A stretch of DNA of 64,000 nucleotides from Paraspadella gotoi (taxonomy: Eukaryota > Animalia > Chaetognatha). Both the position numbers and the translations under genes were made by a program. The stretch spans positions 20,129,160 through 20,193,159 of the forward strand of contig CM119270.1 in assembly GCA_051294375.1 (NCBI GenBank). The letters run 5' to 3'. This document shows, piece by piece, positions 1-17,399 of this stretch. Numbering within the stretch: the first letter of the stretch is position 1; every line of letters begins with the position of its first letter. The notes under the pieces are model-generated. The model saw only the letters and a program-made list of their open reading frames with translations. It did no database searches and was not told the DNA's origin.

Positions 1-62
1 ACCGACCGACCGAAAAGTGACTTATAGAGTTGCTCCGCGATTACTCGCGGTGCAACTAAAAA
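1..62 (-). mobile_element. 5' end of a DINE-1/HINE-like non-autonomous element, cut by the window edge
   Basis: Reverse complement reads TTTTAG-ttgcaccgcga-gtaa-tcgcggagcaa-CTCTATAAGTCACTTT then (TCGG)n. This hairpin + CTCTATAA.TCACTTT + GTCN microsatellite layout matches the element at 57764. Confidence 0.6.
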
Positions 63-387
63 GAAGGTTTAAAAATAGATGCATCTCTCTCTTAAAGACG
101 CTCGTTGTCGTTGTTGTTGTTATTAGTTGTCGTTTTCGTNNNNNNNNNNNNNNNNNNNNNNNNNNNNNNNNNNNNNNNNNNNNNNNNNNNNNNNNNNNNN
201 NNNNNNNNNNNNNNNNNNNNNNNNNNNNNNNNNNNNNNNNNNNNNNNNNNNNNNNNNNNNNNNNNNNNNNNNNNNNNNNNNNNNNNNNNNNNNNNNNNNN
301 NNNNNNNNNNNNNNNNNNNNNNNNNNNNNNNNNNNNNNNNNNNNNNNNNNNNNNNNNNNNNNNNNNNNNNNNNNNNNNNNNNNNNNN

Positions 388-425
<38 letters not shown>

Positions 426-1269
426 ACATTCTTTTTACTTGCTGATAATAAATTTCAATGGTTAAATTTCACGGTTGAATTAAATTTTAATGTATGAGTT
501 CAATTTTCCATATTTACAATGTTTATGACTATGATATTTTATGTATTTTTCACATATTTTTTTCATTTTTACACGTATTTTTATAATAATTTGAATGTTA
601 AATCATGACCTTTTTGTACCACGCTCTTGTGGGTGGTCAGGCAATTTGCTTGACTGGTTTGTTTTTGGCCCAAACGACCCCAACTCGATAGATGGAGCGG
701 CCTTGTGATAAATTCGTGAACGATTCACGCGAAAGGAGAGGATCATTTCCGATCACAGAATTCGCCATCAAAAATCTCACGTTTTCTTTCTTTTCCTATT
801 TTTTTCTTTCTTTTTGAACCGTGAAAATAAAGGGAAAACTACTGGGGGGTGAAATCGATTGTATTAGTTTAGCAAATTGCAAAAAAAGTGAAAACGGTAG
901 AAATCACTTTGATTATCATTATCATGAGAATAAAACGGTGACGGTGAGACACGCGAGACACACAGTCCAGATCATTTCTACTGAAACTAAGGAAAGCTAA
1001 ATCTATTTATATCAAGAGAGGAGGATCGAAGTCATGATATATTTTGACAGTTCCATTGGTTCTGCAAGCTGATTGGTCGATTCCGATTCCGCCTCGACCA
1101 ATCATAATTCGACGATTCCGATTCTGCAGAGATCGCCCGATCCTTCGATCCGATTCTGCTTTGGGTTATGTTGATTCTCCTGCGACGTTATTATCAAGTA
1201 AATAAATTTTAATTGTTTAGAGAACTACCTTCACCTTCTGTAAACGTGTGTACATTTTCTGTAAATGAT

Positions 1270-3285
<2,016 letters not shown>

Positions 3286-4199
3286 TACAAAATTCCGTTT
3301 CAAAAGTTAAGTAGTTTTAAGATATTTTCTTTTTTTTTCTTTACCTTCTTTTGCTAGAGACCGAAACCAAATGTAGAAACTTAAAAATAACTAGGATAAG
3401 TTTCAACTCGAACGGGACACATTTTCAATCTCTGTCCGGATATGGAAACCACACGGCCAATTAGGCAACAATTAAGCTTTTTTTGGCATTATTACTAAAA
3501 TTTCACTGCTCCTTTATTTGTTAACAATTTCTGCACTGCCTCTAAAAATGTTTAGGTTAGTGTCTATCCTGCTTGCTTTCATACATTTCTTTCATCTCAT
3601 TCTTGAAAACCCTTGATTTGTCCGTAATTTATATTATATAAAAATGTAATATTTTTCAATGTCAATGTCCCTACGGTCTAAGCATTTCTACATCTTGCCT
3701 TAATTAAGGCAAGATTAATATATACGGGGCAAAGGCTACATGTATATGTATTATGTATATTCGGATATTCCACGCAAGGCAAACGCCCATCAAGAAGTTA
3801 CGAGAATACAAAAAAAAAATCCAAAAAGATGAACATATGTTAAAAAAAAAAGAGAATTAAATAATTGGAATTAAATAAGAATAAAAGAAGAAAATGATAA
3901 AACAAGAAAATGATAAAAATGGAAGATGATAAATAGAAATCATAAAATGGAACCTTTAAAATATTCATCGATTGACAAATAAAACGTTTCTATACATGTC
4001 TATTCATACGCATTTACGCAGTTAGGCAGGATTCGCCCCCTCGCAAATGATAAAGTAAAAATTTAAAACATTGAAAATGATTAAATGAAAAATTAAAATG
4101 ATAAAATGAGAAGATAAAAAAGGAAAATCGCGAATCGGATGAGAAAAAAAAAGGAACAATGAAAAATGAAAAATGCTTGGATTACCACTCGTTGATTAA

Positions 4200-4477
4200 A
4201 AACGACGACGATGACGATGACGACGACGAAGATGCAGACAAAGGCGACGATGACAAACGATGACAACGTCGACGACGATGACAAAATCGAAGATGCAGAC
4301 AAAGGCGACGATGACAAACGATGATGACGTCAAAGATGCAGACAAAGGTGACAATGACAAACAAATGACAACGAAGACGACGATGACGAAGTCGAAGATA
4401 CAGACAAAGGCGACAAAGACAAACGATGAAGACGACGATGACGAAGTCGAAGATTCAGACAAAGTCGACAATGACAA

Positions 4478-4509
<32 letters not shown>

Positions 4510-5790
4510 AAGAAAGACGAAGACCAAGGCAACCGAGTGGATGTCGTTTTCAACAATGGACGAAACAAATGTTACTGATCACAATATTGATTATGACAAA
4601 GACTAATGCAAATGCGTTTGCAGAAAATGTTTGACTATTTTCTATGCTTCTTGGGTCCGCGCGTTGGAGGCGTCGCCCGTCCGAAAGGTACGACGAGAGT
4701 TTTGGATAATTATTATTATATTTTCGTTTATCAAACCCGTAGAAACTTTATTTACACGGGCAGACGCATGATTCGATATTTGGATATTGAATGACACATT
4801 TTGGTAAAGGAGACTAAAAATTAACTTGACCTTAAAAGAGGCGGCTAATTCGAAAATACAAAGTGGTCAAATATGATTGACCTGACAGAGAGAGAGAGGC
4901 GAGGCTCAACATTTTCGTCAGCGTTATTAATGATCAACGATAACGAAGATGAGGCCAAAGTGACAGAGATGAAGAGATAATGATAATGATAATGATGAAG
5001 ACTTTGACGTCAAAAGCTAAACAAAGGCGAAAGCGTGAAAATATGACAAACGATGACGACGACGACGATGTCAAAAGACGACAAAAACAATCATCAGGAA
5101 AGAACAACAACGACGACGACACAACAAGCAATTAAAATGCAAATTAAATCAAAAATTGAGAAAATTTAACTAAATCTGATTCTCGGATTTTTTTTCCGTC
5201 CTCCTTTTTTTGCGTTGTTTAACGACGACGACGATGATGGGGACGATGACGACGACGATGTGGGACGACGATGTGGACGATGACGGACGATGACGACGAC
5301 GACGACGATGATGTGTGGACGATGACTACGACGATGACGACGACGACGACGACGAGTGATGTGGACGATGACGACGACGACGATGATGAATGTGGACGAT
5401 GACTCGACGACGGACGACGACGACGATATGTGGACAATGACGACGACCGATGACGAGCGATGATGGGGACGATGACGACGACGATGATGGGGACGATGAC
5501 GACGACGACGATGATGATGTGGACGATGACTACGACGAGCGTTACCGACGAACGACAGACGTCGATGATGATTGACAAAGACGGCGACTGACGACGATTG
5601 GGGACGATTAGACGCTGATGGAGACGAGTAGGCGAAAGACGACAATGGATGGGGACGATGACGACGACGACGATGACAGCGACAAAAACAAAGTAAACGA
5701 TTACGACAATGACGACAGCGATGACAACGATGACGGGAACGACGACGGTGACGAAGACGACGGCGAAGACAGACGAGAAAGATAAAGGAT
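4200..5790. repeat. Degenerate (GAC/GAT)n trinucleotide arrays with larger sub-units
   Basis: Arrays at about 4200-4530 (sub-unit gaagatgcagacaaaggcgacgatgacaaacgat) and 5220-5780 (gatgtggacgatgac). Confidence 0.85.
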
Positions 5791-6162
5791 ATAATTAAAA
5801 CGGCTTAAGAAAACATGCATAATGAACGAAAACAACAACAACATCGACAACAACAACGACGACGGGTGTCCCTTTCTTTCTTGACCTCTTCTCGTTTCTC
5901 AAGTCCATTCGACCTTTGGACCTCTGACCTTTTTTTCCTCCCCATCTCTTCCACTGTTTTTCCTTCTTGCTCAACTTGTCATCCCCGCCCTCTCGACCTC
6001 TCGACCTCTTCACCCCTGACCCCCTCAAAAGACCTCCCAACCAGTTCCCCCCCCACGCGTTCCTATTTTTCTCATGGTGCTAAAAAATTATTAACTTCCC
6101 ATGGGCCGAGAATCGAGCCATCAAAGGCAGGCGGTAANNNNNNNNNNNNNNNNNNNNNNNNN

Positions 6163-9100
6163 AAACGTTAAATATTCTGCCAAATAACATCATCGAGGGT
6201 TTGTTAAAATTGGGTAAGGACGAGTTATTAAATATCTTTTTAATACGTTTTATCAAAACAAACAAAATTTCTTCTTCTTTTATTTTTATGTCTCCTTCTC
6301 TCTATCTTTTCTCTTATTTTATGTAGGCTTTCTCTCAACTCTCAATTAGATGACAAAACGTTAAATACACCAGAAAACGACTTTTTCTCTGTTAAAAAGA
6401 TATGAAAACTTTTAAAAATAACAGAAAACGATTTTTTCCAATGTATTAAAAAAGAAATAAAAACTTAAAAAAAAACGGCAAACGTTTTTTATTCCAATGT
6501 ATATAAAAAGAGTTAAAAAAACACCGATAAACGACTTTTCTAAAAGTGAAAAAGTAATAAAAAACGTTTAAATACACCGGCAGACGACTACTTTTCCAAG
6601 AGATAAAAACTTTTAAAAAACAAGAAAAACGCTTGTTTTCCAATGTAAAAAAGGAGATTAAAAAAATTTTCTAAAACACCGGAAAACGATCTATTTTAAA
6701 AAAAAAAGAAATAAAAACATTAAAGACTTTCTGCAATTAACATCAGCGAGGTTGTTTAAAATTGGTGGGTTGAGGACAGTTATTAAATATCTTTTTATCA
6801 AAACAAAAAAATTTTCTCTTCTTTTTTTTTATGTTCTCCTTCTCTCTCTCTTTTCTCTTTATTATTTTATGTAGCTTTCTCTCACCTTCCAATAGATTAA
6901 CTGTTAATTACACCAGAAAACGACATTTTTTCTCTGTTTAAAAAAAATATTGGAAAATTTAATTAATAACAGAAAAAACGATTTTTCCATGTGTAAAAAG
7001 AAATTAAACTTTTAAAAAACCGCGCAAACGATTTTTTTCCAATGTAAAAAGATTAAAAACCAACGATAAACGTCTTTTTCTTAAAATAAAAAGTTGATTA
7101 AAACGTTAAATACACCGGCAGACGATATTTCCAAAGATTGATTAACAACTTTAAAAAAACAGAGAAAAACGCTTTTTTCAAATGTTAAAAAGAGATAAAA
7201 AATTTCTAAAACAGAGCGAAAACGATATTTTCAATTTAGAAAAAACGAGAAATAAAAAACGTTAAAGTACTTCTGCAAATAAATCATCGAGGTTGTTAAA
7301 TTGCAGGATACAAGGACAGGTTATTAATATCTTTTTAATACGTTTTTATCAAAACAAACCAAATTTTCCTCTCTTTTTATTTTTATGTCTCCTTCTCTCT
7401 CTCTTTTCTCTTAATTTTTATGTAGCTTTCTTACTCTCAATAGATAAAAACGTTAATACACCAGAAAAACGACTTTTTCTCGCTAAAAAGATAGAAATTA
7501 CTTTTAAAAATAACAGAAAACGATTTTTTCCATTGTTTAAAAAGAAATAAAAACTTTAAAAATAAACCGGCAAACGATTTTTCCAATTGTAAAAATTTGA
7601 TGTTAAAAAACACCGAATAAACGACTTTTTCTAAAAGTAAAAAAGTTTATAAAAACGTTTATACACCCAGCAGGACGATATTTCCAAAGAAGATAACAAT
7701 TTTCTTTGTGAAAACAGAAGAAAAACGCTCTTTTCCAATTGTAAAAAGAGATAAAAAATTTCAAAACCACCGGAAACGATATTTCAAAGAAAAAAAGAAA
7801 ATTAAAAACGTTAAATACTCTTCTGCAAAACTTTTACATTCATCGAGGTTTGTTAAAATTGAGGTAAGGGGACAGTTATTAAATCATCTTTAATACGTTT
7901 TATTCAATTTTATCTAAACAAATTATTTACTCTCTTGTTTATTTTTATTGTCTCCTTCTCCTCTCTCTTTTCTCTTTAATTTTATGTAGCTTCTCTCAAC
8001 TTCTTCAATAGATAAAAACGTTAATTACACCAGAAAATACGATCTTTTTCTCTTCTCGTAAACAAGATATTGAAAACTTCTAAATCAAATTCAGATAATT
8101 CTCCGAGTTGTTCTGTTCTCCTCTGTAATAAAAGATACAAATAAAAATCGTAAAAAAAAACCGCGGCAAACGAATTTTTGTTCAATGACTAAAAAAGTTC
8201 AATCATTCGTTTAGAAATCAGTCACCCGTCGAATAAACTTTCTTTGCTAATACCGTAATTAAAGCTTCGTCGTCGTGCAATTAGTACAAAAAACCCATTA
8301 CATCGTCGTTCATGCTGTCGGTAAATATCGACTACCACATGTGGCTAGCACACGCAATCATTCGTCTCGTTTCGTCGGCGATGTGATTTCAAATACGTAG
8401 TCATCGTCCACATCATCATCGTCGTGTCGTCTTCGTCCACAGTCATTACACCCTATCAGCTCGTCGGTGTCGTTTCAGAATCATTACAAATCGAGAGTAC
8501 AAATATCGACGCTTTCTCTATCATTCCAATCGATTTGTGTAATCGGTAGTGCGTTACATCGTATATTCCACAAGTCAGGATTTCTGCCTAAAATACACCC
8601 ACAAGTGGAAGAACTCGAGTCGTCATTTTCGTTATTTCTAAACAGCAAAAAAGAATCATAATACAACGTGCGTCGGGTGTATAACTACTTTTGTAAAAAT
8701 AAACATCATCGAAGCCGTTGTTAAAATTAAGAGAGATAAAGGACAGTTATTAAATATCTTTTGATAGAGCTAGCGGTGTGGTTGATCGCAAGAGACAAAA
8801 ACAATTTGGCCTCTCTTTTATGTGTTTAGTGTCTCCTTCATATCTCTAATTCCTTTTCTATATTAGATAATCTATATTTTAGTATTGTAGCTTTATTATA
8901 CTATCTTCTTACTCTTCATACTATTATATTGAAATATAAGTACAATTGTGTCTATAAAATTTTCTCACCTCCCTCAGAAAACCATCTTTTGTCTGCTTTG
9001 TTAATAGAGCTCGTCTGTGTCATATAATTAAGATCTCTTTTTAACATAATAAATCAAAAAACGATTTTTTCAATTTCGCTGAAAAAAGATAATGATAAAA

Positions 9101-12100
9101 ACATGCTGATTATTAAATATCTGTCGTCCTCCTTGAGCAGTCACGAACTGTTTCTGTTCCAGATTGTAGGAATAACATGACTGTTTGATATAATGTAACC
9201 ATCCGATAAACGACTTTTTTCCATTTCTCGAACTAGTTAAAAATCGTAATAAAAAAATCGTGTTTTATAATACGCTCTTTGACGCTCAGGCAGGGACTTG
9301 ACTATTTTCCAATCAAAGTAGTATAACATCACTTATTTATCATTATCTCGTCATCTCTGTCACTTTAGAAAGACAACATACAAAACTTCGTTTTTCGTTC
9401 CAATTGATAAATAGAGATAATAATTAATTTCTTTAAAAATACACATTAATACAGCGGGCGAAAACGATATTTTCTCACACAATAATAAAAGAAAGTTACA
9501 ACTGTGTTGTAAATTACTTCAATGTATAAAATAACATCAATAATCATCTGTGTTTGGTTAAATCTCTCGGAGTAACATTTGTTTCCGCCCATGTTGAAAA
9601 GCTCCGACATCCCAATCGGTTGCCTTGGGTCTTTCGTCTTCGTCAATCGGTTCGTCGGTCGCATCGGTTTTGTCATGCGCCTTTGTCTCGTATCTTCGAG
9701 CTTCGTCATTCGTACGGCTTCGTTGTCATTTTTGTTGTGTCATTGTCGCCTTGTCTGCGATTCATTGGACGTCATCCATTTCGTTTGTTTCATCGTTCGC
9801 CTTTTGTTGCTGAGGATCGAGCGTTATTAAAATTATTTCTCTTTTAATACGTTTTATCAAAACAAACCAAATTTCCTCTCTTTTTTGTGATTTATATTGC
9901 TGTCTCTCATCTTTCTCGTCACTTCTCGTTTACTCTTTAAGTTTTATTGGTAGCTTCTCTCATCGCACGTCTTTTCAGTCATTGCAGAGTAGCAACTATT
10001 AGCTCTGATTCTTTTTCGTCGAATATTCCCGCATCGTAAAGTCCGTCGCTTTTCGGTCTGCGTTCTGTTTAAATAAGATTATTAAAAACTTTTAAAATCA
10101 TAAAACAGGAAAAGACGATATTTTTTTTTCCAATGTAAAAAAGGAAATAAAAAGCTTTAATACACAAAGCAATTATAATAACTCAGTGGCTAAATCGTTT
10201 TTTTTATCCAATTGTTTAAAAAGAGTTTAATATAAATCATCCGTTATCTCAACGACTTTTCTAAAGTTAAAAAGTAATAAAAACTTGCTTCCTTGTAAAT
10301 ACCCAGGTTCTCACGCGATCGATTTTTTTTTCCAAACGTATTTTCTATGATCTCATTTTATGATCAACAACTTTATAATAACATTACATTATTCAAGTGA
10401 TATTAAAAAACGTCTTTTCTCTCTTTCCTCTCATATTCGTATAACACAGTACCTCCGTTTTGATAAAAAATTTTTTCTAAAACACCGGTTGAAAAACGAT
10501 ATTTTGTTTTAGAGAAGAAAGAAAGAAAGAATTATAAAACAGTAATACTTCTGCCAAAATAAACCATCATCGAGGTTGTTTAAAATTGAGTGTTGAGGAG
10601 AACAAGTTAAAATAGTGTAAAATACATATTCTTTTTAGATTACTAAAACAAACAAATTATCCTCTTTCTTGTTATTTTATGTCTGCGCTAGTGTCTCTCT
10701 CTACATTCATCTTTTTAATAGATTATATGATAGCACCTTTCTGGCTAACCACTCTAACTAATAGAATAAAAACGCGAATTCCGTTAATACACCAAGAAAA
10801 CGACTTTTTCTTGGTAAAAGGATATGAAAACTTTAAAAATACAGGAAAAACGATTATTTTTCAAGTTAAAAAAGAAATAAAACTTTAAAAAAAAAACGGC
10901 AACGGTTTTTCCAATGTAAAAAGAGTTAAAAAACCCCCGAATAAACGAACTTTTTCTAAAAAAAGAGTTAAAAAAAAAGGAACAATTGAAAAATGGAAAA
11001 ATGTTGGATTACCACTCGTTTGATAAAAAACGGACGACGACAGGACGATGACAACTAAAAAGTGTAACGAATAAAAACGAAGACTCGACACAGAGTGCTG
11101 GGACTGGACGTTTTGACAATTAACATACAGCGATGACGGCCAGGACTCGACTCATTTGGCAAAAGACGATGTGACAAAATTCCGAAGATGCAGACAAAGG
11201 GCCGACGTATGACAAACGATAGAGATTAGACAACCCTTTTAAGAAAACAATACACAAAAACTGCAGCTGCACTTGTTTCGACAAAAAGATAAAAGAAGGC
11301 GATAAATAATTGTACTTCTCAAAATTAGCGAACAACAGGCAAACCGATATATTTTCAGAAAGCAAAAAAGACGAAGACGACGGAAATATTGAGAAACGCT
11401 CTAGGATAACTTCTGCAAGTAACATCATCGAAGGTATTGTTTTTAACAGTTGGAAATGGAGTTGGAACCAAGGTTACTCATAAAATATCTAATTATTTGG
11501 CAGTTCCAAAACAAATATGCACAAAACATTTCCTGATCTCTGTTTGGACTATGTTAACGTGACTCTCGTTCCTTCTCTCTGCTCTTTTCTCTTTGTAACT
11601 GTATTAAAGTTGTAGGCTTTCTCATCCCGTGTCAATAGCATAAAAACAGAGGGACCGTTTAAAAATACACCAGGAAAGACGGCAACCGAACGTTTTCTCG
11701 TGGATGTCGTTGTTTCGAGAAAAATAGAGTGATGAAAGAAACTTTTTAAAAAATACAGGGAAGGGAAAACGATTTTTCTAAATGTTAAAAAGACAATAAA
11801 AACTTTTAAAAAAAACCGGCAAAGCAATTTTTTCCAATTGCTTAAAAAAGAGTTAAAAAAAATACCGATAAACGACTTTTCTAATAAGTTAACACAAAAA
11901 GTGATATTGCATAAAACGTTGTTAAATACACCGGGCGAGACGACGTAAAATTATCACAATAGATTGTATGAGAAGGAAAACAACTTGTTAAAAACAAAGA
12001 AAAACGCATTTCTTTCCAGAATAGTTAGCAAACGCAAATATGATTAAAAGAATATTTCTAACAACACCTGGAATAAGGAACCAGAATTTTCAAAGAAAAA

Positions 12101-14200
12101 AGAAGAATAAAAACGTCTTAATTTATAAACTTTTCTCGGACCAAAAATTAATTGGTGTTTAACAGTCCATTTCGAGGTTGTTAAAAATTGTTAATGATGA
12201 AACGATAACGGAAGGAGGTATGTTGAGGACAGTTATTAAATATCTGTATTTAATGGCCATACAGTTTTATTCAAACAAACAAATTTCCTCTCTTTTATTT
12301 TTATGGTTGACTAGCGCGTTACTCTCTCTCTGTTCTCTTTAATCTATGTAGCTCTTTCTCTCACTTCTCAATCAGATTGAAAACGGACGATACAATGATT
12401 AATGATTAAATTGGATTGGAAGACTTGACCGGCGGTAAATACAACAGAAAAGACGACTTTTCTTCTCAAAAGGCATGCTTAAAAAAGAATATGAAACTTT
12501 AAAAATAATAGAAAACGATATTTAGTTTCCAATGGTTAAAAATTAAATAAAAAAAAACATATACTATTAAAAAAAGAAAAAACCGGCCAAACGTTTTCCA
12601 ATGTAAAAAGAGTTAAAAGATACACCGATAAAACGACCTTTTCTTAAAGTAACAAGTAAATAACAAAAAGAACACGTTCGGTTTATTAAATACCACCGGC
12701 AGGACGATTATTTCCAAAGAGGAAAATAATTGAGCAAAACGATGAGTGGAGACCAAACCCCTTTTTTTTAGAAAACAAAAGAAAAACCGACGCTGTTTTA
12801 CACATGTAAAAAGAGATAAAAAACATTTCTAAGAAAACACCGTGCGGGTTTGCGGGAAAAAAGACCCGATTAATATATTTAAAAAGCACAAAAAGAATTC
12901 AATAATAACAGTAAATACTTCTGCAAAGGATTACCATTCATCGAGGTAGTTGTTAAAAAAGACTAACTGCGAACGAGCGTACAACAAGACAAATTAACAA
13001 TGCAAATTAAATCAAAAAATTGAGAAAAATTTAAAACTAAATTCTGATTCTTTGGATTTTTCCCCGGTCCGTTACGCGTACTTATTTGTTCATGTGAGTT
13101 ATATGAGTGCGTTTTATTATCTGCCGAACGAACACAATAGAAAAGGGGACGCATTCACGGCGTGCGTACTTGACTCTCATGTTGGACGTGATCGATTATG
13201 TGTGCGTACGGATGGACGGACCGCTTCTGACTGTCGCTGATTCTTTGGCGTCTCTGATGAACTACATTGTATATTGATGACGGACGGAGAGCTCGTTCTC
13301 GACGATCGGACATGCTTAAGTGTTAACGCGATAGATTATGACGCACTCACGAAACGTACCGAGACTGCTAGAGAAATACGAGCTGTGTTTACTCTGCATG
13401 AGCTTACGACGACGCGACGACGACGATTGATGTGGACAATGACGACGAACGATTGACGACGATGATTGGGACGATGACGACGAACGATGATTGGGACGAT
13501 TGACGCGACGACGAGCGTATAGATTGGTGATGGTACGATGAGAAATAGACTCGACGGACTGACTCGTGAAAACTCGAATGTGAGCGAGCGAGAACACGCG
13601 AATTGTATATTGCCGAACATAGCTAGAACACAGACGCGACGTGAGGTAAAAAACTGGACGGATGTGATAAAATAAAGGAGACGATTGGAGCGAAACGTAC
13701 GTACTCGATGATTTGTTCCGAGGGACGATTGGATTCAAGAAAGACGACGAGCTCGTACAATATAAAACAGCCGACAAAAACAAAGAAACGGATTACCCGG
13801 ACACATGAATTAACGAACGACAGCTCTCTCTAAGATAGAAGATACAAAGAGATCAATAAAAACGTTAGAGAGATATAACCGAGACCGACGGCAGCCACAG
13901 ATAGGTTTCGCAAACGGAAGAACGACGGCGAAGACAAGAGTAGAGACAAAACTTGTTAAAAAAGCACAAAAAAAAAAATATACGCTAATTTATATATACT
14001 CGCATAAGAAATAGTAGAAAGAGATAAAATAGAAACTCTTGAACACTCAAAAACAAACCAACGGGAGAATAACAAACCGACGACGTACGAACGTGTTTCA
14101 GATGTAGCCAATATTACTTTATGGATCTTTAAAAACGTTTTCTATAAAGGTACCTCTCTATTCGCAAAATACACCTTTAGGTCCCGAGGTTGTTTAAAAT
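6163..14200. repeat. AT-rich tandem repeat of about 550 bp, roughly 10-11 progressively garbled copies
   Basis: The anchor 'ttctgcaaa..catcatcgaggttgttaaaattg' recurs near 6175, 6730, 7270, 7820, 8700, 9530, 10550, 11410, 12170, 12920 and 14180. Each unit has internal sub-repeats such as aaaacgattttttccaatgtaaaaa. Confidence 0.75.
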
Positions 14201-17200
14201 TCTGACCTTTTGTCATGCATCGAAGTATCAAATCTACTCCTTTCTCCACTGATTTTTCCTCTCCATAGAACCTAAAACAACATATGTCATTCTCCTCCTC
14301 TCTATTCTCTCTCGTACCTCATGTTTCACCTCCTCTCGCATCTCTCCTTCTCATATCTCTCTATTCCCCCTCTAAATTATAGACGCTTAGCTTTCTCCTC
14401 CCAACCAGGTTCCCCCCACGCGTTCCTATTTTCTCATGGTGCTAAAAAAATTAATCTTAACTTCCCTGGCCGGAGAATCGAGCACCATTCCTCTAGATAA
14501 AAAGACCAGGGTTCACTCACAAGAAAACGTAACATTTCTCATCTTCTCTCTTCTTTTTATATTCGCAACCTACCTTCCGCGATTCCATTTTCTATTCGCC
14601 CAGCGCGTATCCAATCCCCTTTTGCCGTATTCGCATAACTCAATTACTCTCTCCTCCCATACCCTTTCCCGACCTTCCTTTCCTCTCATCTCGGCCTGTC
14701 GCCTGTTCACCATATTCCCCCTCCACCTACTTTTCCACACCCCTTTTTCCTCTTTCCCCGCCCTTCTAATACCCCTTACTTCCATTCTACTATTGCGCAT
14801 CTCCGCGCCCTGTCGCATATGCCAGTTTTTACTTCCCTTCCCTCCGCCCACAGCCTGTCCAGACCGCCACTGTTCCTCCCCCCCCTTACTCTTCACAACC
14901 CCTCCTTCCTCCATTCCCCCACCCATTCCTAAACCCCTCTCTTCCCTTTTCTCTCCGCCATCACTCCCGCCCCTTCCATATGCCATTTCTCGCTCCCTCG
15001 CCCTCCTCCTCTTCCTCCAGAACTTTTTCCCCTGTCCACCACCCTTGCATACCCCTTTATTACCCTTCCTCCGCCTTTCCAGACATCCTTTTTCTGCTAA
15101 CCCCTATCCTTGAGACCCACTTTCCCCCCTTTCCCGCCCTTTCAAGCCGAGTTTTTCTCCTTTCCCACGCCAAATCTCACGCCTCTTCTCATGTCCCTAA
15201 TACCCTCTTCTCTAACTCTTCCAGACCTTTTCCCTCTTCGCCCCGCCCTTCTCACACTCCACTTGCTCCTCAATCCTCGCTCGTCTAAACGCCATAAATT
15301 TCAATTCTTGACCCCTCAAAGATCCGTTTAAATCACGAGCTTAAAGATCCGCAGACAATAAGAACTTACGCTATCTAGATCGAAACTCAAATATTAAATC
15401 TTCCATAACATACAATCTATTTTAACTCTTGTCTCGTTCTAGAGGATACTATAACTTTGATAGGCACTAGCTACAACTTTTAACCTAACTACATTTAATA
15501 CATCTATTAAATGAGAAAATATAGGTAAAAGAACCAATAATGAGAAAATAAAGTAATTATCATATCATTCAATTAAAACAAAGAGACCTAAATTATAAAC
15601 ACCCTATAAGGACACGAATCATGGTTGAAAGTATAAGGCACTTCTTAAAAAATTTAAAAGAGATTAATATTAAATCGAGAAAGAACTTATGCAATTTGAA
15701 CTAGACAAATAAAAAAAAAAAAAAAAAAAAGATAAAGAAATAAAAAAAAAAAATCAAAAATATACTCGGAAAAATAAAAAAAAAAATAATCAATCCATAA
15801 ATATATCATTTTGAGAAATTATTCTTTCCTACCTTCCTCACTACCTAACCTCACTCCATCACTCCATAAACCTCCATACTCCTCTAATTATACCAAATGA
15901 GAATCTCCCTAACTGTCACCTCGCGTGAGAAGCGAAAAAATCAAAGAACCAAAAAGTGAAAACAAAGAGAAAAGAATCACGAGTGGCTAATCAATCTCTT
16001 ATTTATTCATTTTTTCCTTTTTTTTTTCTTTCAACTCATTTCATTTTCCTTTTCCTTTTTCTTTCTTTTCCTTTCTTAATCCTTTTCTCTATTTTCTTCT
16101 CTGAATCTTTTCTTTTTAAAACGTTTTTTTGAATTTTTTGTTATTCTCGAAATATTATTTCATAAGTGCTCTCTCTTCTCTCTCTCTCTCTCTCTCGTCT
16201 CTTACTCTCTCTCTCTCTCGCTCTCTCTATATCTCTCTCTCTCTCACTCTCTCTTCTTCTCCATTGTTTAGTGTTTTCGTCTGCTTTTATGGCTGAAGTG
16301 GGAGGCGAAGAAAATTGTTCTTCCATTTATGCTGTTTTCCTCTTTTCATTTTTTTCTTCTTTCGAGTTTCAAAATTTCTCTTTTTCGTGTCGGACTCTTA
16401 AAAATGTTTTGTGCATTTGCTTGTCAATGAAATAACTCGCGAAAATGTGTAATATGACAAAACTTTGTTTCCAATTTTACACAGCAACTTCCTTATGTGC
16501 TTAATTTTTTGTTGTAAAAAATTATTAGTTAAAAATATTTGCTTTTTAAACTGAAAATACTGTTAATAGGGGATAAAAAATGATAGTGATATTATATGTT
16601 ACATATTATATTACAAAAGATTTGTTTTAAAATGAAAGACCTTACTATTTGTAAATGTGATTGACGCCTTAAATCACCATTGACTGTCCAAATGAATGTA
16701 TAATTTTTGTATTTTTTTATTTTATTTTTTTTTTATTTTTTATTTCATATAGAAATTTGCCAACATGACGAGACCGTGAAAGATTTGTCTTCAAAAACTT
16801 AAAAAGTTAAAAATATTAAGAATAACGTTAAAAACCGATGGAGAAAAAAGTAAAGAAAAACCGAAAAATAACCCGGAAGGTGAATTACCACAAACCGACA
16901 TTTAACTGACAAAAACCGACAAATCACCCGGAAGGAGATTGACCGCAAACCGACAAAAACCGAGAAATCTTCATTCCGAGTTTAACGATCTTATCTTCGT
17001 TGGTTCCATCTTTTTTTTTCTCTCCAAAAGACAATTTCCTCTTTCTTTTATTACCTGCGGAGAGGCTAAGATTGAGAGAGAGAGAGAGNNNNNNNNNNNN
17101 NNNNNNNNNNNNNATGAGAGAGATGAGAGAGAGTTGAGAAACGAGAGAGAGAGAGAGAGAGATGAGAGAGACGGAATGAGATGAGAGAAAGATAAGAGAG

Positions 17201-17399
17201 ATGGAGAGAGGAGAGAGGAAGAGAGAGAGAGAGACAGAGATGAGAGAGAGAGAGAGAATAGTGTTATTGAGAAATAATTAATCAATTCGCCTGTAACTCA
17301 TTGCAATTCGATTTCTCTAATCTCTGTTTTGCCGCCGCAGACGCCTCAGCCGCTATACCGCAGCCAATTGCTACCGCCAGACGCCGCCATTGACCGCTC

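Noticed and set aside
4196-5645. Asp/Thr/Ser-rich ORFs as an acidic protein
   Set aside because: Trinucleotide repeat with frequent frame slips and TGA stops; no clear splice or domain evidence.
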